DNA of 64,000 bases from Kiritimatiellia bacterium (GCA_023953695.1 JAMLJG010000003.1:106885-170884); one strand, 5' to 3'; positions 8,276 through 16,940 are shown, counted from the first letter of the stretch. The notes: generated by a model from the sequence alone, not told the origin. Translations and numbers: made by a program.

Positions 8276-10042
8276 ATGACGATGTTGATTTCAAAGTTCC
8301 ACAAGCTGATCCAGTCAAAGCTGTTGTGGGCCGCATTTTTGGTGGTGGTCATTTTCTCTTTCGTGATCTGGGGCACTGCGGTCCCCAACAGCGACAAGAA
8401 TGAATATGGAAACTCGCCCGGCATCCTCGATGGGAAGCCGGTTCCGTTCGAGGAGTTTCATCGCGCCTATTCCAGCACCCTTCTCTCGATAGAAATGTCT
8501 CTTGGCCGCGCCATCAATGTGACGCCCGAAATCGAGACGCAGCTTCGCGCCGCTGCCTGGCAGCGCGTTGCCACCCTGCGCTCGGCAGCGCGCATGGGCA
8601 TCGCGGCCAGCGATGACGAAGTGATCGGCGCGATCCAACATCACGAGGCCTTCCGCTATGAGGGCCAGTTCAACCGAATCGTCTATAAATCATTCGTCCA
8701 GAACTACCTCGGCCGCTACGGCTTTAGCGAACGCCACTTTGAAGAGCACGTGCGCGACGAAATTGTCATCCAGAAGGTACGCTCGATCGTGGAGCGCACT
8801 CAGCTCATCACACCCTTGGAGCTTCAGCGCGCGTTCAATCTCACTACCGACCGTTTCACAGCGGACTACGCGCTGCTCGAACCTGCCCTCGTAGAATCGT
8901 CCGTTAAGCTATCAGACGCGGATGTGCGCGCGTTTTTTGACAAGGACCCAGCGGCCTTCACTCTCCCAGAGCAGCTCCAGGTGGATTTTGTCCGAGTTGC
9001 CACGCAGCCCTTCCTTGCCAGCGCCGAAATCACCGATGACGAGGTGCAGGCCTATTACGATGAAAATCTGCGCGATTTCATTGATCACAGCTCCACCACC
9101 AACGCCGCTCAAGACGCGACCAATTTGCTCGAGAACCTCACGCGCTATCGCCCTCTTGAAGATGTAAAAGAGGAAATCTCCACGATTCTTCGCACAGGCA
9201 AGGCGCTCGAAAGCGCACAGGATGCGGCGATGAACTTGGTCGTCGCGCTGACGCCCGACCGCGACGGCAACGCCCCGACCTTCGAAGCCGCAGCGAAGGA
9301 GGCCAAGCTCGCTATTGAGTCCCTTCCCCCATTCTCGGCAACCAGTGACTTGCCCGGCATCCAGGAACCTGCCGCATTCAAGTTCACTGCGTTCGAACTC
9401 GGCGAAGGACCGGAATCCTATTTCAGCAATCCCGTTCGCGGAACGAACGAGGTCTATGTGATTGCGCTGCGCAAACGCATCGAATCGCGCGTTCCCGAGT
9501 TTGCCGAGGTGGAACCGGCCGTCAAAGAGGCAGCCCTCGCGCAAGCTCAGCACGACGCGCTCAAGGAAAAGGCGGAGCAGATCAAGAGCGAGGCCGAGAA
9601 AGCGCTGGGCGAGAATATCTCCTTCGCCGACACCCTCGCCTTCTATGGCCTCAAAGTGAAGACCACGGAACCCTTCTCTGCCACAACCGGCATGCTGGAC
9701 ACCAACGCTCCTTCACGCGCGATCTTCGCCGCCGTCTCCACCCTCAACGCCAACGAAGTGGCCGACCCGCTTCTGCTGGAAGACGGATATCTGCTTGTTC
9801 ACCTCAAGAACCGCGAGCCGGCAGAGTCCACCACCCTCGCCTCCATCCGGCCGCAACTGCTCGAAACCATTCGCCGCCAATCCGGGCGCCTCAGTTTCGA
9901 TAGCTGGCAGAGCGACCAATTGAAGCAGGCCCACTTCAAAGATCTGCGCCCAGCCACCAGCAGCGAGGACTACGACGAAGTCGAAGAAGAGAGCGGCGAG
10001 ACCCAGGACGACGCACCCGTCGAAAATCCAAGCGCCAGCTAA
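8276..10042 (+). CDS. Periplasmic folding chaperone, PpiD-like (N-terminal membrane anchor, SurA-N-like domain)
   Basis: An N-terminal TM helix (LLWAAFLVVVIFSFVIWG) followed by a large periplasmic domain with the PpiD/SurA-type organisation. Confidence 0.55.
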   Translation: MTMLISKFHKLIQSKLLWAAFLVVVIFSFVIWGTAVPNSDKNEYGNSPGILDGKPVPFEEFHRAYSSTLLSIEMSLGRAINVTPEIETQLRAAAWQRVATLRSAARMGIAASDDEVIGAIQHHEAFRYEGQFNRIVYKSFVQNYLGRYGFSERHFEEHVRDEIVIQKVRSIVERTQLITPLELQRAFNLTTDRFTADYALLEPALVESSVKLSDADVRAFFDKDPAAFTLPEQLQVDFVRVATQPFLASAEITDDEVQAYYDENLRDFIDHSSTTNAAQDATNLLENLTRYRPLEDVKEEISTILRTGKALESAQDAAMNLVVALTPDRDGNAPTFEAAAKEAKLAIESLPPFSATSDLPGIQEPAAFKFTAFELGEGPESYFSNPVRGTNEVYVIALRKRIESRVPEFAEVEPAVKEAALAQAQHDALKEKAEQIKSEAEKALGENISFADTLAFYGLKVKTTEPFSATTGMLDTNAPSRAIFAAVSTLNANEVADPLLLEDGYLLVHLKNREPAESTTLASIRPQLLETIRRQSGRLSFDSWQSDQLKQAHFKDLRPATSSEDYDEVEEESGETQDDAPVENPSAS

Positions 10043-10067
10043 TTTTTGCGACTCTTGCCCGCCTTTT

Positions 10068-10106
10068 CAGCGCGCCCACCCCGGTTGGCGCGCTGAATTG
10101 TTTAAT
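10068..10106 (+). terminator. Candidate rho-independent terminator after the ppiD-like gene
   Basis: Nine-bp GC-rich stem CAGCGCGCC/GGCGCGCTG with a 10-nt loop, followed by the T-rich tract AATTGTTTAATCTT. Confidence 0.45.
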
Positions 10107-10107
10107 C

Positions 10108-10154
10108 TTCCAATCCTTGGAAGCCCCAACCCACTCGTTTTCCAATCCTTGGAA
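10108..10154. promoter_or_regulatory. Two copies of the perfect palindrome TTCCAATCCTTGGAA (10108-10122 and 10140-10154), 32 bp centre-to-centre, upstream of the BMC operon
   Basis: Read directly from the sequence. The same dyad (TTCCAATCGTTGGAA) recurs twice with identical spacing at 19524-19570. Confidence 0.5.
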
Positions 10155-10383
10155 GTTGCCGCTGGCGAATCGTCCGATCGCACGGCGCAGCCTCTCAGTT
10201 CTGCGCCCATTGGCGGACCGGAGGGAGAAATGCCGACTTCGCGACTGAAACCGCCCCATTCTCAAAGCGCAAAAACAGGCTGGAATAGACAATTTTCACC
10301 GCAATGCGGTTCTCTTTAAGGAAAATAGTTGCAACGCGGCAATGCACCGTGCAGACTGATTGCGGATTTGTGCGCAACTCAGA

Positions 10384-11640
10384 ATGAAGCATCCTTTGAA
10401 AATAGCGATCGGCTCCGACCACGGCGGATTCGAACTCAAACAGCAACTTATTCCTTATCTCACGAGCCTTGGCCACGCCGTCACGGACGTGGGAACCAAC
10501 AGCAAGGACGCCGTTGATTATCCCCGTTTTGCATACGCCGTGGCGTCCAGCGTGTCGAGCGGCAGAGCCGATGTAGGAATTGTGATTGATGGCGCGGGGA
10601 TTGGATCGGCCATGACGGCCAACAAGGTTCCCGGCGTTCTAGCTGCCGCCTGCTACAACGAAGCGCTGGCCAGGAACTCGCGCGAGCACAACAACGCCAA
10701 CGTCTTGACTTTGGGCAGCGGTCAAATTGACCTTGCCGCTGCGAAACAGATTGCTTACATTTTCTTAACGACCGAGTGCACGGCGGACCGCCACTTGGCG
10801 CGCGTTAAGCTGATAAAGGAAGTAGAAGGCCGATCTATGTCTGGAAATGATTTGTCGCCGGAAGATGTGCAACGGGTAGCAGAGCGAGTGAAGCAGCTCT
10901 TGGGAGGGAAAAGCGGCTCCAGCGCCGCCATAGCGCGCCCCCTTTCGGCTGAACAAGTGGCAAAAATGATTGACCACACCCTGTTGAAGGCCGAAGCGAC
11001 GCCTGCCGATGTGGAAAAGCTCTGTGCGGAGGCCAGGAAACACGGATTTTGGTCGGTCTGCGTCAACTCCGCCTATGTCAAACAGGCCAAGGCGCTGCTC
11101 CGCGACTCCCGCACCAAGGTTTGCGCCGTTGTGGGCTTCCCTCTCGGCGCCATGGAGCCGCAGATCAAATCCCTCGAAACACGCAAGGCGCTGCGCGACG
11201 GCGCGAACGAGATTGACATGGTCATCAACATCGGCGCGCTCAAAGCGCGGGATGATGCCACGGTGCTGCGCGATATTCGCGGCGTAGTGGAAAACTGCAA
11301 GGACAGCCGCGCGATTTGCAAAGTGATTTTGGAGACCTCCCTCCTGAACGACGAAGAAAAGACCCGCGCCTGCCAGTTGAGCATGAAGGCGGGCGCCGAT
11401 TTTGTGAAGACCTCGACGGGATTTTCGACGGGCGGCGCCACGGCGGAAGACATTGCGCTGATGGCGCGCACGGTTGCTTCCCGCAAGTTGGGCGTGAAGG
11501 CTTCTGGGGGCGTTCGGACATACGCGGATATTGTGAAGATGGTCAATGCGGGCGCCACGCGCGTCGGGTGTTCGAATAGTGTGAAAATCATGGAAGAGAT
11601 CAGCACCGGCGTCGCACAGTCCGGTGGCAAGGGATATTGA
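10384..11640 (+). CDS. Fusion protein: ribose-5-phosphate isomerase B (RpiB/LacAB family) joined to deoxyribose-5-phosphate aldolase (DeoC)
   Basis: The N-terminal half matches RpiB ([19 protein letters not shown]...). The C-terminal half matches DeoC ([11 protein letters not shown]...VCVNSAYV...[11 protein letters not shown]...VKTSTGF...[10 protein letters not shown]). The track start at 10360 is TTG; the ATG at 10384 fits the RpiB N-terminus. Confidence 0.85.
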   Translation: MKHPLKIAIGSDHGGFELKQQLIPYLTSLGHAVTDVGTNSKDAVDYPRFAYAVASSVSSGRADVGIVIDGAGIGSAMTANKVPGVLAAACYNEALARNSREHNNANVLTLGSGQIDLAAAKQIAYIFLTTECTADRHLARVKLIKEVEGRSMSGNDLSPEDVQRVAERVKQLLGGKSGSSAAIARPLSAEQVAKMIDHTLLKAEATPADVEKLCAEARKHGFWSVCVNSAYVKQAKALLRDSRTKVCAVVGFPLGAMEPQIKSLETRKALRDGANEIDMVINIGALKARDDATVLRDIRGVVENCKDSRAICKVILETSLLNDEEKTRACQLSMKAGADFVKTSTGFSTGGATAEDIALMARTVASRKLGVKASGGVRTYADIVKMVNAGATRVGCSNSVKIMEEISTGVAQSGGKGY

Positions 11641-11669
11641 ACAGTTCGGGTTAACTGAAGGAGAAGGTC

Positions 11670-12305
11670 ATGGCGGAACTACGGTGCTATGCGTTTATTG
11701 ATAGCTTGCAGCCACAATTTGCCTCGTTTTTGGGAACGGTGGCACAGGGGTTTCTCCCCACAACTCACCAGGCGGCGCTTTTTGTTGAAATCGCGCCCGG
11801 TATGGAGATCAACCGCGTAACGGATGTGGCGCTGAAGGCCACCAATGTGACGCCGGGCATGATGATCGTCGAGCGCTTGTACGGCATGCTCGAGATCCAC
11901 TCGCACTCGCAAGCGGACGTCCGTCAGGCGGGCCAGGCGATTCTCGACGCGCTTGAACTCAAAGAGGATGATCGCATTAAGCCCAAACTGCTGACGAGTC
12001 AGGTGATCCGAAACGTGTCGGACTATCACACGCAGCTCGTCAACCGCATGCGCCATGGCAATATGTTGCTGCCGGGCCACTCGCTCTATGTGATGGAGTG
12101 TGCGCCTGCGGGCTATGCCGCGATTGCCGCCAATGAGGCGGAAAAGGCGGCCAACATCAACATTCTCGAAGTTCGAGCCGTCGGCAGCTTCGGGCGCATT
12201 TATCTCGGTGGCGAAGAGCGCGACGTTGATGTCGGGTATCGCGCAGCCGAAAAGGCCTTGGAGGTCATTTCGGGTCGCGAGGAAAAATCGGGCCGAGGCG
12301 GTTAA
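11670..12305 (+). CDS. BMC shell protein, tandem BMC-domain type (BMC-T), divergent
   Basis: Two BMC-domain-like halves: VTDVALKATNVTPGMMIVERLYGMLEIHSHSQADVRQAGQA and AAIAANEAEKAANINILEVRAVGSFGRIYLGGEERDVDVGYRAAEKA. The RBS is GAAGGAGAAGG. Confidence 0.7.
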   Translation: MAELRCYAFIDSLQPQFASFLGTVAQGFLPTTHQAALFVEIAPGMEINRVTDVALKATNVTPGMMIVERLYGMLEIHSHSQADVRQAGQAILDALELKEDDRIKPKLLTSQVIRNVSDYHTQLVNRMRHGNMLLPGHSLYVMECAPAGYAAIAANEAEKAANINILEVRAVGSFGRIYLGGEERDVDVGYRAAEKALEVISGREEKSGRGG

Positions 12306-12347
12306 TCAACAACAACTCGTTAGCGAACAGAAAAGGGAGATACGCAC

Positions 12348-12647
12348 ATGGCAGAAGCACTAGGCATGATTGAGACGCGGTCATTTCCGGCCGTGGTGGA
12401 AGCGGCGGATGCGGCGGTAAAGGCCGCCAAGGTCGAGCTGGTTTCGTTCGAAAAGACCGGCGGCGGCTACGTCTCCGTTATTATTCGCGGTGATGTCGCA
12501 GCGGTAAAAGCGGCTTGTGACGCAGCGCAAGTTGCCGGCGGTCGCGTCGGTGAAGTTGTGGCTGTCCACGTCATTGCCCGCCCCCACAGCAATGTGGATG
12601 CGGTCTTGCCGTTGGGTCGCCAGGGCGAATCGAAAGCGAAGAAATAA
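12348..12647 (+). CDS. BMC shell hexamer protein (BMC-H, PduA/CcmK/EutM-like)
   Basis: [29 protein letters not shown]...[23 protein letters not shown] is the canonical Pfam00936-type sequence. The RBS is AAGGGAG. Confidence 0.92.
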   Translation: MAEALGMIETRSFPAVVEAADAAVKAAKVELVSFEKTGGGYVSVIIRGDVAAVKAACDAAQVAGGRVGEVVAVHVIARPHSNVDAVLPLGRQGESKAKK

Positions 12648-12663
12648 GGCAATTGCGCGATCC

Positions 12664-12688
12664 AATTGCCAGTCGCGCACTGGCAATT
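12664..12688 (+). other. Perfect 10-bp inverted repeat hairpin (AATTGCCAGT-cgcgc-ACTGGCAATT) in the BMC-H/BMC-P intergenic space
   Basis: Read directly. It lies 17 nt after the BMC-H stop codon and 24 nt before the BMC-P start. Confidence 0.6.
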
Positions 12689-12711
12689 TCATCTAGCAAT
12701 TAGCAGATTTC

Positions 12712-13026
12712 ATGCAGCTCGCCCGCATAGTTGGATCGGTCGTCGCCACACGAAAAGAGCCCACGCTGAATGGGCTCCGATTGATGCTGGTTCGACCCTT
12801 GGACGACGCGGGCCGCGAGACGGGATCTGTGCTTGTCGCCGCCGATGCGGTTGGAGCCGGTGTGGAGGAAGTTGTCCTCATCGCCTCCGGCAGCTCGGCG
12901 CGGCAGACGCAGCAGACTGACAAGCGGCCGGTGGACGCCGTGATCATGGCCATCGTGGATTCCTGGGACGTGAACGGCGAAGAGAAATATCGAAAAAGTA
13001 AAGAAGTGAAGGTCGCGGAAGAATAG
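12712..13026 (+). CDS. BMC vertex pentamer protein (BMC-P, EutN/CcmL/PduN family), copy 1
   Basis: [30 protein letters not shown]...[11 protein letters not shown] is a typical EutN/PduN N-terminus. Confidence 0.85.
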   Translation: MQLARIVGSVVATRKEPTLNGLRLMLVRPLDDAGRETGSVLVAADAVGAGVEEVVLIASGSSARQTQQTDKRPVDAVIMAIVDSWDVNGEEKYRKSKEVKVAEE

Positions 13027-13114
13027 TGATGTCGAATTGCACGCGATGCACGCGAATCAGCGTGCGCTCGTGTTGAACGATCATCCCCCGCGGCCTTCGA
13101 GTGGAGGCTAGTAC

Positions 13115-14557
13115 ATGGCACGTCTCACGGATGCCGATATTGACGCGATCGCGCGCAGAATTGTCGCGGATTTGGATCAGCGCCCTCTCGAGAGCGTCCC
13201 CGCTCCCGCCGCTGTTGCATCGGCGGACCGCGAGTTGGGCATCTTCCCCACGGTGGATGAAGCCGTCAAAGCGGCGCGCGAGGCACAGCCTGTTTTTGTG
13301 GCGCTTCCGCTCAAGAAGCGAGCGCAGATCATTGCCGCGATTCGATCGGTCATGCTGGAGAACGCGGCGATCCTCGCGAAGGCCGCTCACGAGGAGACCG
13401 GGCTGGGTCGCTTCGAAGACAAGATCACAAAGAATATTCTCGTCACCGAGAAGACGCCCGGCATTGAACACCTGACTCCGGAAGCCATCACGGGTGATCA
13501 CGGGTTGACGCTCATTGAACCCGCCCCCTTTGGCGTCATTGGCGCGATTACGCCCACCACAAACCCGACATCAACGATCATTTGCAACACGATTGGAATG
13601 ATTGCCGCAGGCAACACAGTTGTCTTCAACGTACATCCGGGCGCAAAGAATTGCTCCATGCAGACCGTGGCCTTGATCAACAAGACTATTGTTGCCAGTG
13701 GCGGGCCGCGGAACGTGGTCACATGTATTTCCAACCCCACCATCGAAAGCGCGGGGGCCTTGATGCACCACGCTCATATTCGCCTCGTGGTGGTCACCGG
13801 TGGCGGTGGCGTCGTGAAGGCGGCGATGAAGAGCGGGAAGCGTGCCATTTGTGCAGGCCCCGGCAACCCGCCCGTCGTGGTGGATGAAACCGCCGACATC
13901 GCCAAGGCGGGTCGCGATATCGTGCTCGGCGCCTCGACAGACAACAACATTATTTGCGCTGATGAAAAGCAGGTCTTCGTCGTGGATAAAGTCGCGGATG
14001 ATCTGCTGAAGTCCATGCAGCAAAACAATGCGGTGCTGGTGGATCGCAGCAAGCTGGCGGCTTTGGAAAAGGTCATCTTCACCGAGATGCACGGGCCGCG
14101 GCAGGAGGCGCACATCAATCGCGACCTGATCGGAAAGAATGCCGAGGTGATCCTGAGCAAGATCGGGATCAATGTGCCGAGTTCCTGTCGGTTGGGAATC
14201 GTCGAAGTGGATGAAAACCATCCCCTGCTATGGACGGAGCAAATGATGCCCATTCTCCCCGTCTGCCGCGTCTCGAGCTGCGATTATGCAATTGATCTCG
14301 CGCTCAAGACCGAAGGTGGCAATCGGCACACAGCGGTAATGCACTCCAAGAACCTTGATAAACTCCATCGCATGGCGAAGGAGTCGAACTGCAGTATTTT
14401 TGTAAAGAACGGGCGCTCGCAAGCGGGCTTGGGCTTGGATGGTGAAGGCTATGTCTCCTTCACAATCGCCAGTCCTACCGGTGAGGGGCTGACAGGCCCG
14501 CGCACATTTTCACGCTGGCGGCGATGCGTGCTCGTTGATCACTTTAGGATCACGTGA
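13115..14557 (+). CDS. CoA-acylating aldehyde dehydrogenase (PduP/EutE-like BMC signature enzyme)
   Basis: FGVIGAITPTTNPTSTIICNTIGMIAAGN...ICAGPGNPPVVVD matches the catalytic-Cys region of acylating AldDH. The N-terminal segment MARLTDADIDAIARRIVADL is an amphipathic helix followed by a Pro/Ala linker, which is encapsulation-peptide-like. Confidence 0.9.
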   Translation: MARLTDADIDAIARRIVADLDQRPLESVPAPAAVASADRELGIFPTVDEAVKAAREAQPVFVALPLKKRAQIIAAIRSVMLENAAILAKAAHEETGLGRFEDKITKNILVTEKTPGIEHLTPEAITGDHGLTLIEPAPFGVIGAITPTTNPTSTIICNTIGMIAAGNTVVFNVHPGAKNCSMQTVALINKTIVASGGPRNVVTCISNPTIESAGALMHHAHIRLVVVTGGGGVVKAAMKSGKRAICAGPGNPPVVVDETADIAKAGRDIVLGASTDNNIICADEKQVFVVDKVADDLLKSMQQNNAVLVDRSKLAALEKVIFTEMHGPRQEAHINRDLIGKNAEVILSKIGINVPSSCRLGIVEVDENHPLLWTEQMMPILPVCRVSSCDYAIDLALKTEGGNRHTAVMHSKNLDKLHRMAKESNCSIFVKNGRSQAGLGLDGEGYVSFTIASPTGEGLTGPRTFSRWRRCVLVDHFRIT

Positions 14558-15168
14558 TGAAGAAATACCCGGCCATGGCCGTGGTTGAATTTGGGGAAAT
14601 CGGGAAGGGAATGTTCGCCACGGATAAGATGTTGAAGAAAGCGCCCATCGCTTTCATCCGTTGCGGGACGATCAGTCGCGGCCGCTATCTCACGGCCATC
14701 GGCGGCAGCACGGCGTCCGTTGGAGAGTCGTTTGATGAAGGTCTCTTTTGGGGTGGAGATGCAGTGCTGGACTCGGTCCTCCTCGCTGACGTGCACCCGC
14801 AAGTTCACGATGCAATTCTCGGGCAACATCGCCCGCAAGGGCGCGGTGCGCTGGCAATCGTAGAAACGCAAACTGTCGCGTGCAATGTGCGCGCCGCTGA
14901 GTTGGCGCTGAAAGGGACGCCGGTCAATCTCATGGAACTGCGATTGGCCGATGCCGGCTTGTCCGGGAAGGGCCTCAGCATCTATGAAGGTGAATTGTAC
15001 GACATCGAAGCCGCGATGGACATTGTCAGCGGGTTCTTGGAGGCGGCGGGGAAGGAGTTGAATTATCAAATCATCTCCTCGCCTCACGAAGCATTGGACA
15101 CGCGGATCACCTCGCACAGTCTTTTCGGTACGGCTCGCATGATCGAACTGGAAGGAGAATCCGGCTAA
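14557..15168 (+). CDS. BMC shell protein, tandem-domain BMC-T, PduT-like
   Basis: Aligns by eye along its full length with PduT (…GKGMFATDKMLKKAPIAFIR-C-GTISRGRYLTAIGG… / …LDSVLLADVHPQVHDAI… / …ALAIVETQTVACNVRAAELALKGTPVNL…). A Cys lies near the PduT Fe-S ligand position. The start ATG 14557 overlaps the AldDH stop as TGATG. Confidence 0.85.
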   Translation: MKKYPAMAVVEFGEIGKGMFATDKMLKKAPIAFIRCGTISRGRYLTAIGGSTASVGESFDEGLFWGGDAVLDSVLLADVHPQVHDAILGQHRPQGRGALAIVETQTVACNVRAAELALKGTPVNLMELRLADAGLSGKGLSIYEGELYDIEAAMDIVSGFLEAAGKELNYQIISSPHEALDTRITSHSLFGTARMIELEGESG

Positions 15169-15443
15169 TGCTACTCGGTCGCGTCACAGGCACGGTGGTC
15201 GCTACGATTGTGTACGAAGGCATGAGCGGTGTCCCCCTGCTCCTCGTTCAGCCACTCGACAAAACTGGGCAGCCCAAAGGCAAGGTCCTGGTTGCGGCTG
15301 ACGCCACGCGCATGGCAGGTGTGGGCGAGCTGATCTACTACGAAGGCGGTCGGGAAGCCGCGATGGCGCTCGATCCTTGGTTTGTTCCCGTGGATCACGC
15401 CATCATCGGAATCGTGGATAATTTGAACACTCAGGAATCGTAA
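15168..15443 (+). CDS. BMC vertex pentamer protein (BMC-P), copy 2
   Basis: MLLGRVTGTVVATIVYEGMSGVPLLLVQPL...VLVAADATRMAGVGE. TAATG overlap with the upstream gene. Confidence 0.85.
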   Translation: MLLGRVTGTVVATIVYEGMSGVPLLLVQPLDKTGQPKGKVLVAADATRMAGVGELIYYEGGREAAMALDPWFVPVDHAIIGIVDNLNTQES

Positions 15444-15445
15444 GC

Positions 15446-15727
15446 ATGTTCACCGGACGCGTCATCGGCCATATAGATTCGACCATCAACCATCCGTGGT
15501 ATGACGCGAAGAAGCTGCTCGTCGTCGAAAAAACAGATGCATCTGGAAAAGCAGCCTCCGACTACGTGATTGCAGTGGACACGGTTGGCGCAGGCGTAGG
15601 CGAGCCCGTGCTGGTCCTCGATGAAGGAAATGGCGCACGCCAAATTGTTGCCTCAAGTGACGCGCCCGTTCGCTCCGTAATCGTCGGGATCATAGACGAA
15701 ATTCATTGCCCGAATTCGGGTTCCTGA
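15446..15727 (+). CDS. BMC vertex pentamer protein (BMC-P), copy 3
   Basis: MFTGRVIGHIDSTINHPWYDAKKLLVVEKTD...VIAVDTVGAGVGE. Confidence 0.85.
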   Translation: MFTGRVIGHIDSTINHPWYDAKKLLVVEKTDASGKAASDYVIAVDTVGAGVGEPVLVLDEGNGARQIVASSDAPVRSVIVGIIDEIHCPNSGS

Positions 15728-15740
15728 CTAGACTCGCTTT

Positions 15741-16916
15741 ATGCGTGTATTCCTTATCGTCCTTGATTCCGTCGGGATAGGACACGCGCCAGATGCCGCT
15801 GATTACGGCGACGAAGGTGCGGCCACCCTACCCCACATCGCAGAGGCCGTCGGTGGTTTGCACCTGCCGACTTTTCAGAAACTGGGACTGGGCAATATCC
15901 CGCCCGTAACGCCGCGCCCGTTTCCCATTGATGGCGTTGCTCCCGCCGAAAAACCCTTGGCAAGCTATGGCGCCATGCGCGAGATGTCACAGGGCAAAGA
16001 CACGGTCACCGGACACTGGGAAATAGCGGGCTTGTTGTTGCAGCCGGGGTTTCACTTGTTCCCTCCGGGTCCGCCGTCATTTCCGCCCGAGGTGGTTGCT
16101 GCATTTGAGAAGGAAACCGGTCGCAAGATATTGGGTAACAAGGCCGCCAGCGGCGTTCCGATCATGGAGGAACTCGGCGAGCAGTCTTCGCGCGAGGGCA
16201 AGTGGATCGTCTACACGAGCGCGGACTCCGTCTTTCAGATCGCGGCCAACATTGATTTGATTCCTCTGGAGGAACTCTATCGCGCGTGCGAAGTGGCGCG
16301 AAGGCTGTGCGATCCGCTTCGAGTGGGCCGAGTCATTGCGCGACCCTTCCGAGGATCGGCCGGCGCCTATCAGCGCACAGAAGATCGCCGCGACTACGCA
16401 TTTCAACCGGATGAGCCGACAATTCTCGAGCGCCTCCATTCATCGGGCGTTCCCGTGTATGCCGTCGGCAAGATCGAGGACATCTTCGCGCATCGCGGAA
16501 TTACGAAAACCGATCACACAGGCAATAACCACACTTCGCAAAAAGCGGTCGAACGCTTCGCAGCCGAGATGAAGCGGGGCTTCCTGTTCGCGAACTTCAT
16601 TGATTTCGACATGCTCTACGGTCACCGGCGCGACCCCAAGGGCTATGCAGAGTCTTTGGTTCAAACCGATCAGTGGCTGGCCTCATTTTTGCCAACGCTG
16701 AAGTCGAGCGATACGCTCATCATTACCGCCGATCACGGCAACGATCCCACTTACAAGGGAACGGATCATACCCGCGAGGTGGTCCCCCTGCTGGTTTATC
16801 AACCCGGACAAGTGGCACAGAATCTGGGGTTGCGAGAGGGTTACTACGACATCGCACAATCGGTCGCCTCGCAATTCGGAATAGATTCACTCCCGCGAGG
16901 TCAATCTTTTCTCTAA
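15741..16916 (+). CDS. deoB: Phosphopentomutase
   Basis: Collinear with E. coli DeoB: VLDSVGIGHAPDAADYGDEGAATLPHIAE...TGHWEIAGL...YTSADSVFQIAA...GRVIARPF...ITADHGNDPT..GTDHTRE. Confidence 0.9.
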   Translation: MRVFLIVLDSVGIGHAPDAADYGDEGAATLPHIAEAVGGLHLPTFQKLGLGNIPPVTPRPFPIDGVAPAEKPLASYGAMREMSQGKDTVTGHWEIAGLLLQPGFHLFPPGPPSFPPEVVAAFEKETGRKILGNKAASGVPIMEELGEQSSREGKWIVYTSADSVFQIAANIDLIPLEELYRACEVARRLCDPLRVGRVIARPFRGSAGAYQRTEDRRDYAFQPDEPTILERLHSSGVPVYAVGKIEDIFAHRGITKTDHTGNNHTSQKAVERFAAEMKRGFLFANFIDFDMLYGHRRDPKGYAESLVQTDQWLASFLPTLKSSDTLIITADHGNDPTYKGTDHTREVVPLLVYQPGQVAQNLGLREGYYDIAQSVASQFGIDSLPRGQSFL

Positions 16917-16940
16917 ACGCTAATAGAAAGAGGTGTCCAG

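Noticed and set aside
10098-10319. The track ORF 10098..10319 (+) lies inside the BMC operon leader and could be a leader peptide.
   Set aside because: No RBS and no plausible start context. The translation is Pro/Ser/Arg-rich without attenuator-like codon runs. It is treated as non-coding leader.
14557-15168. Calling the PduT-like BMC-T a confirmed Fe-S protein.
   Set aside because: By-eye alignment puts Ser, not Cys, at the exact PduT Cys38 column, with a Cys four residues earlier. Whether it can ligate a cluster cannot be decided without a structural alignment.
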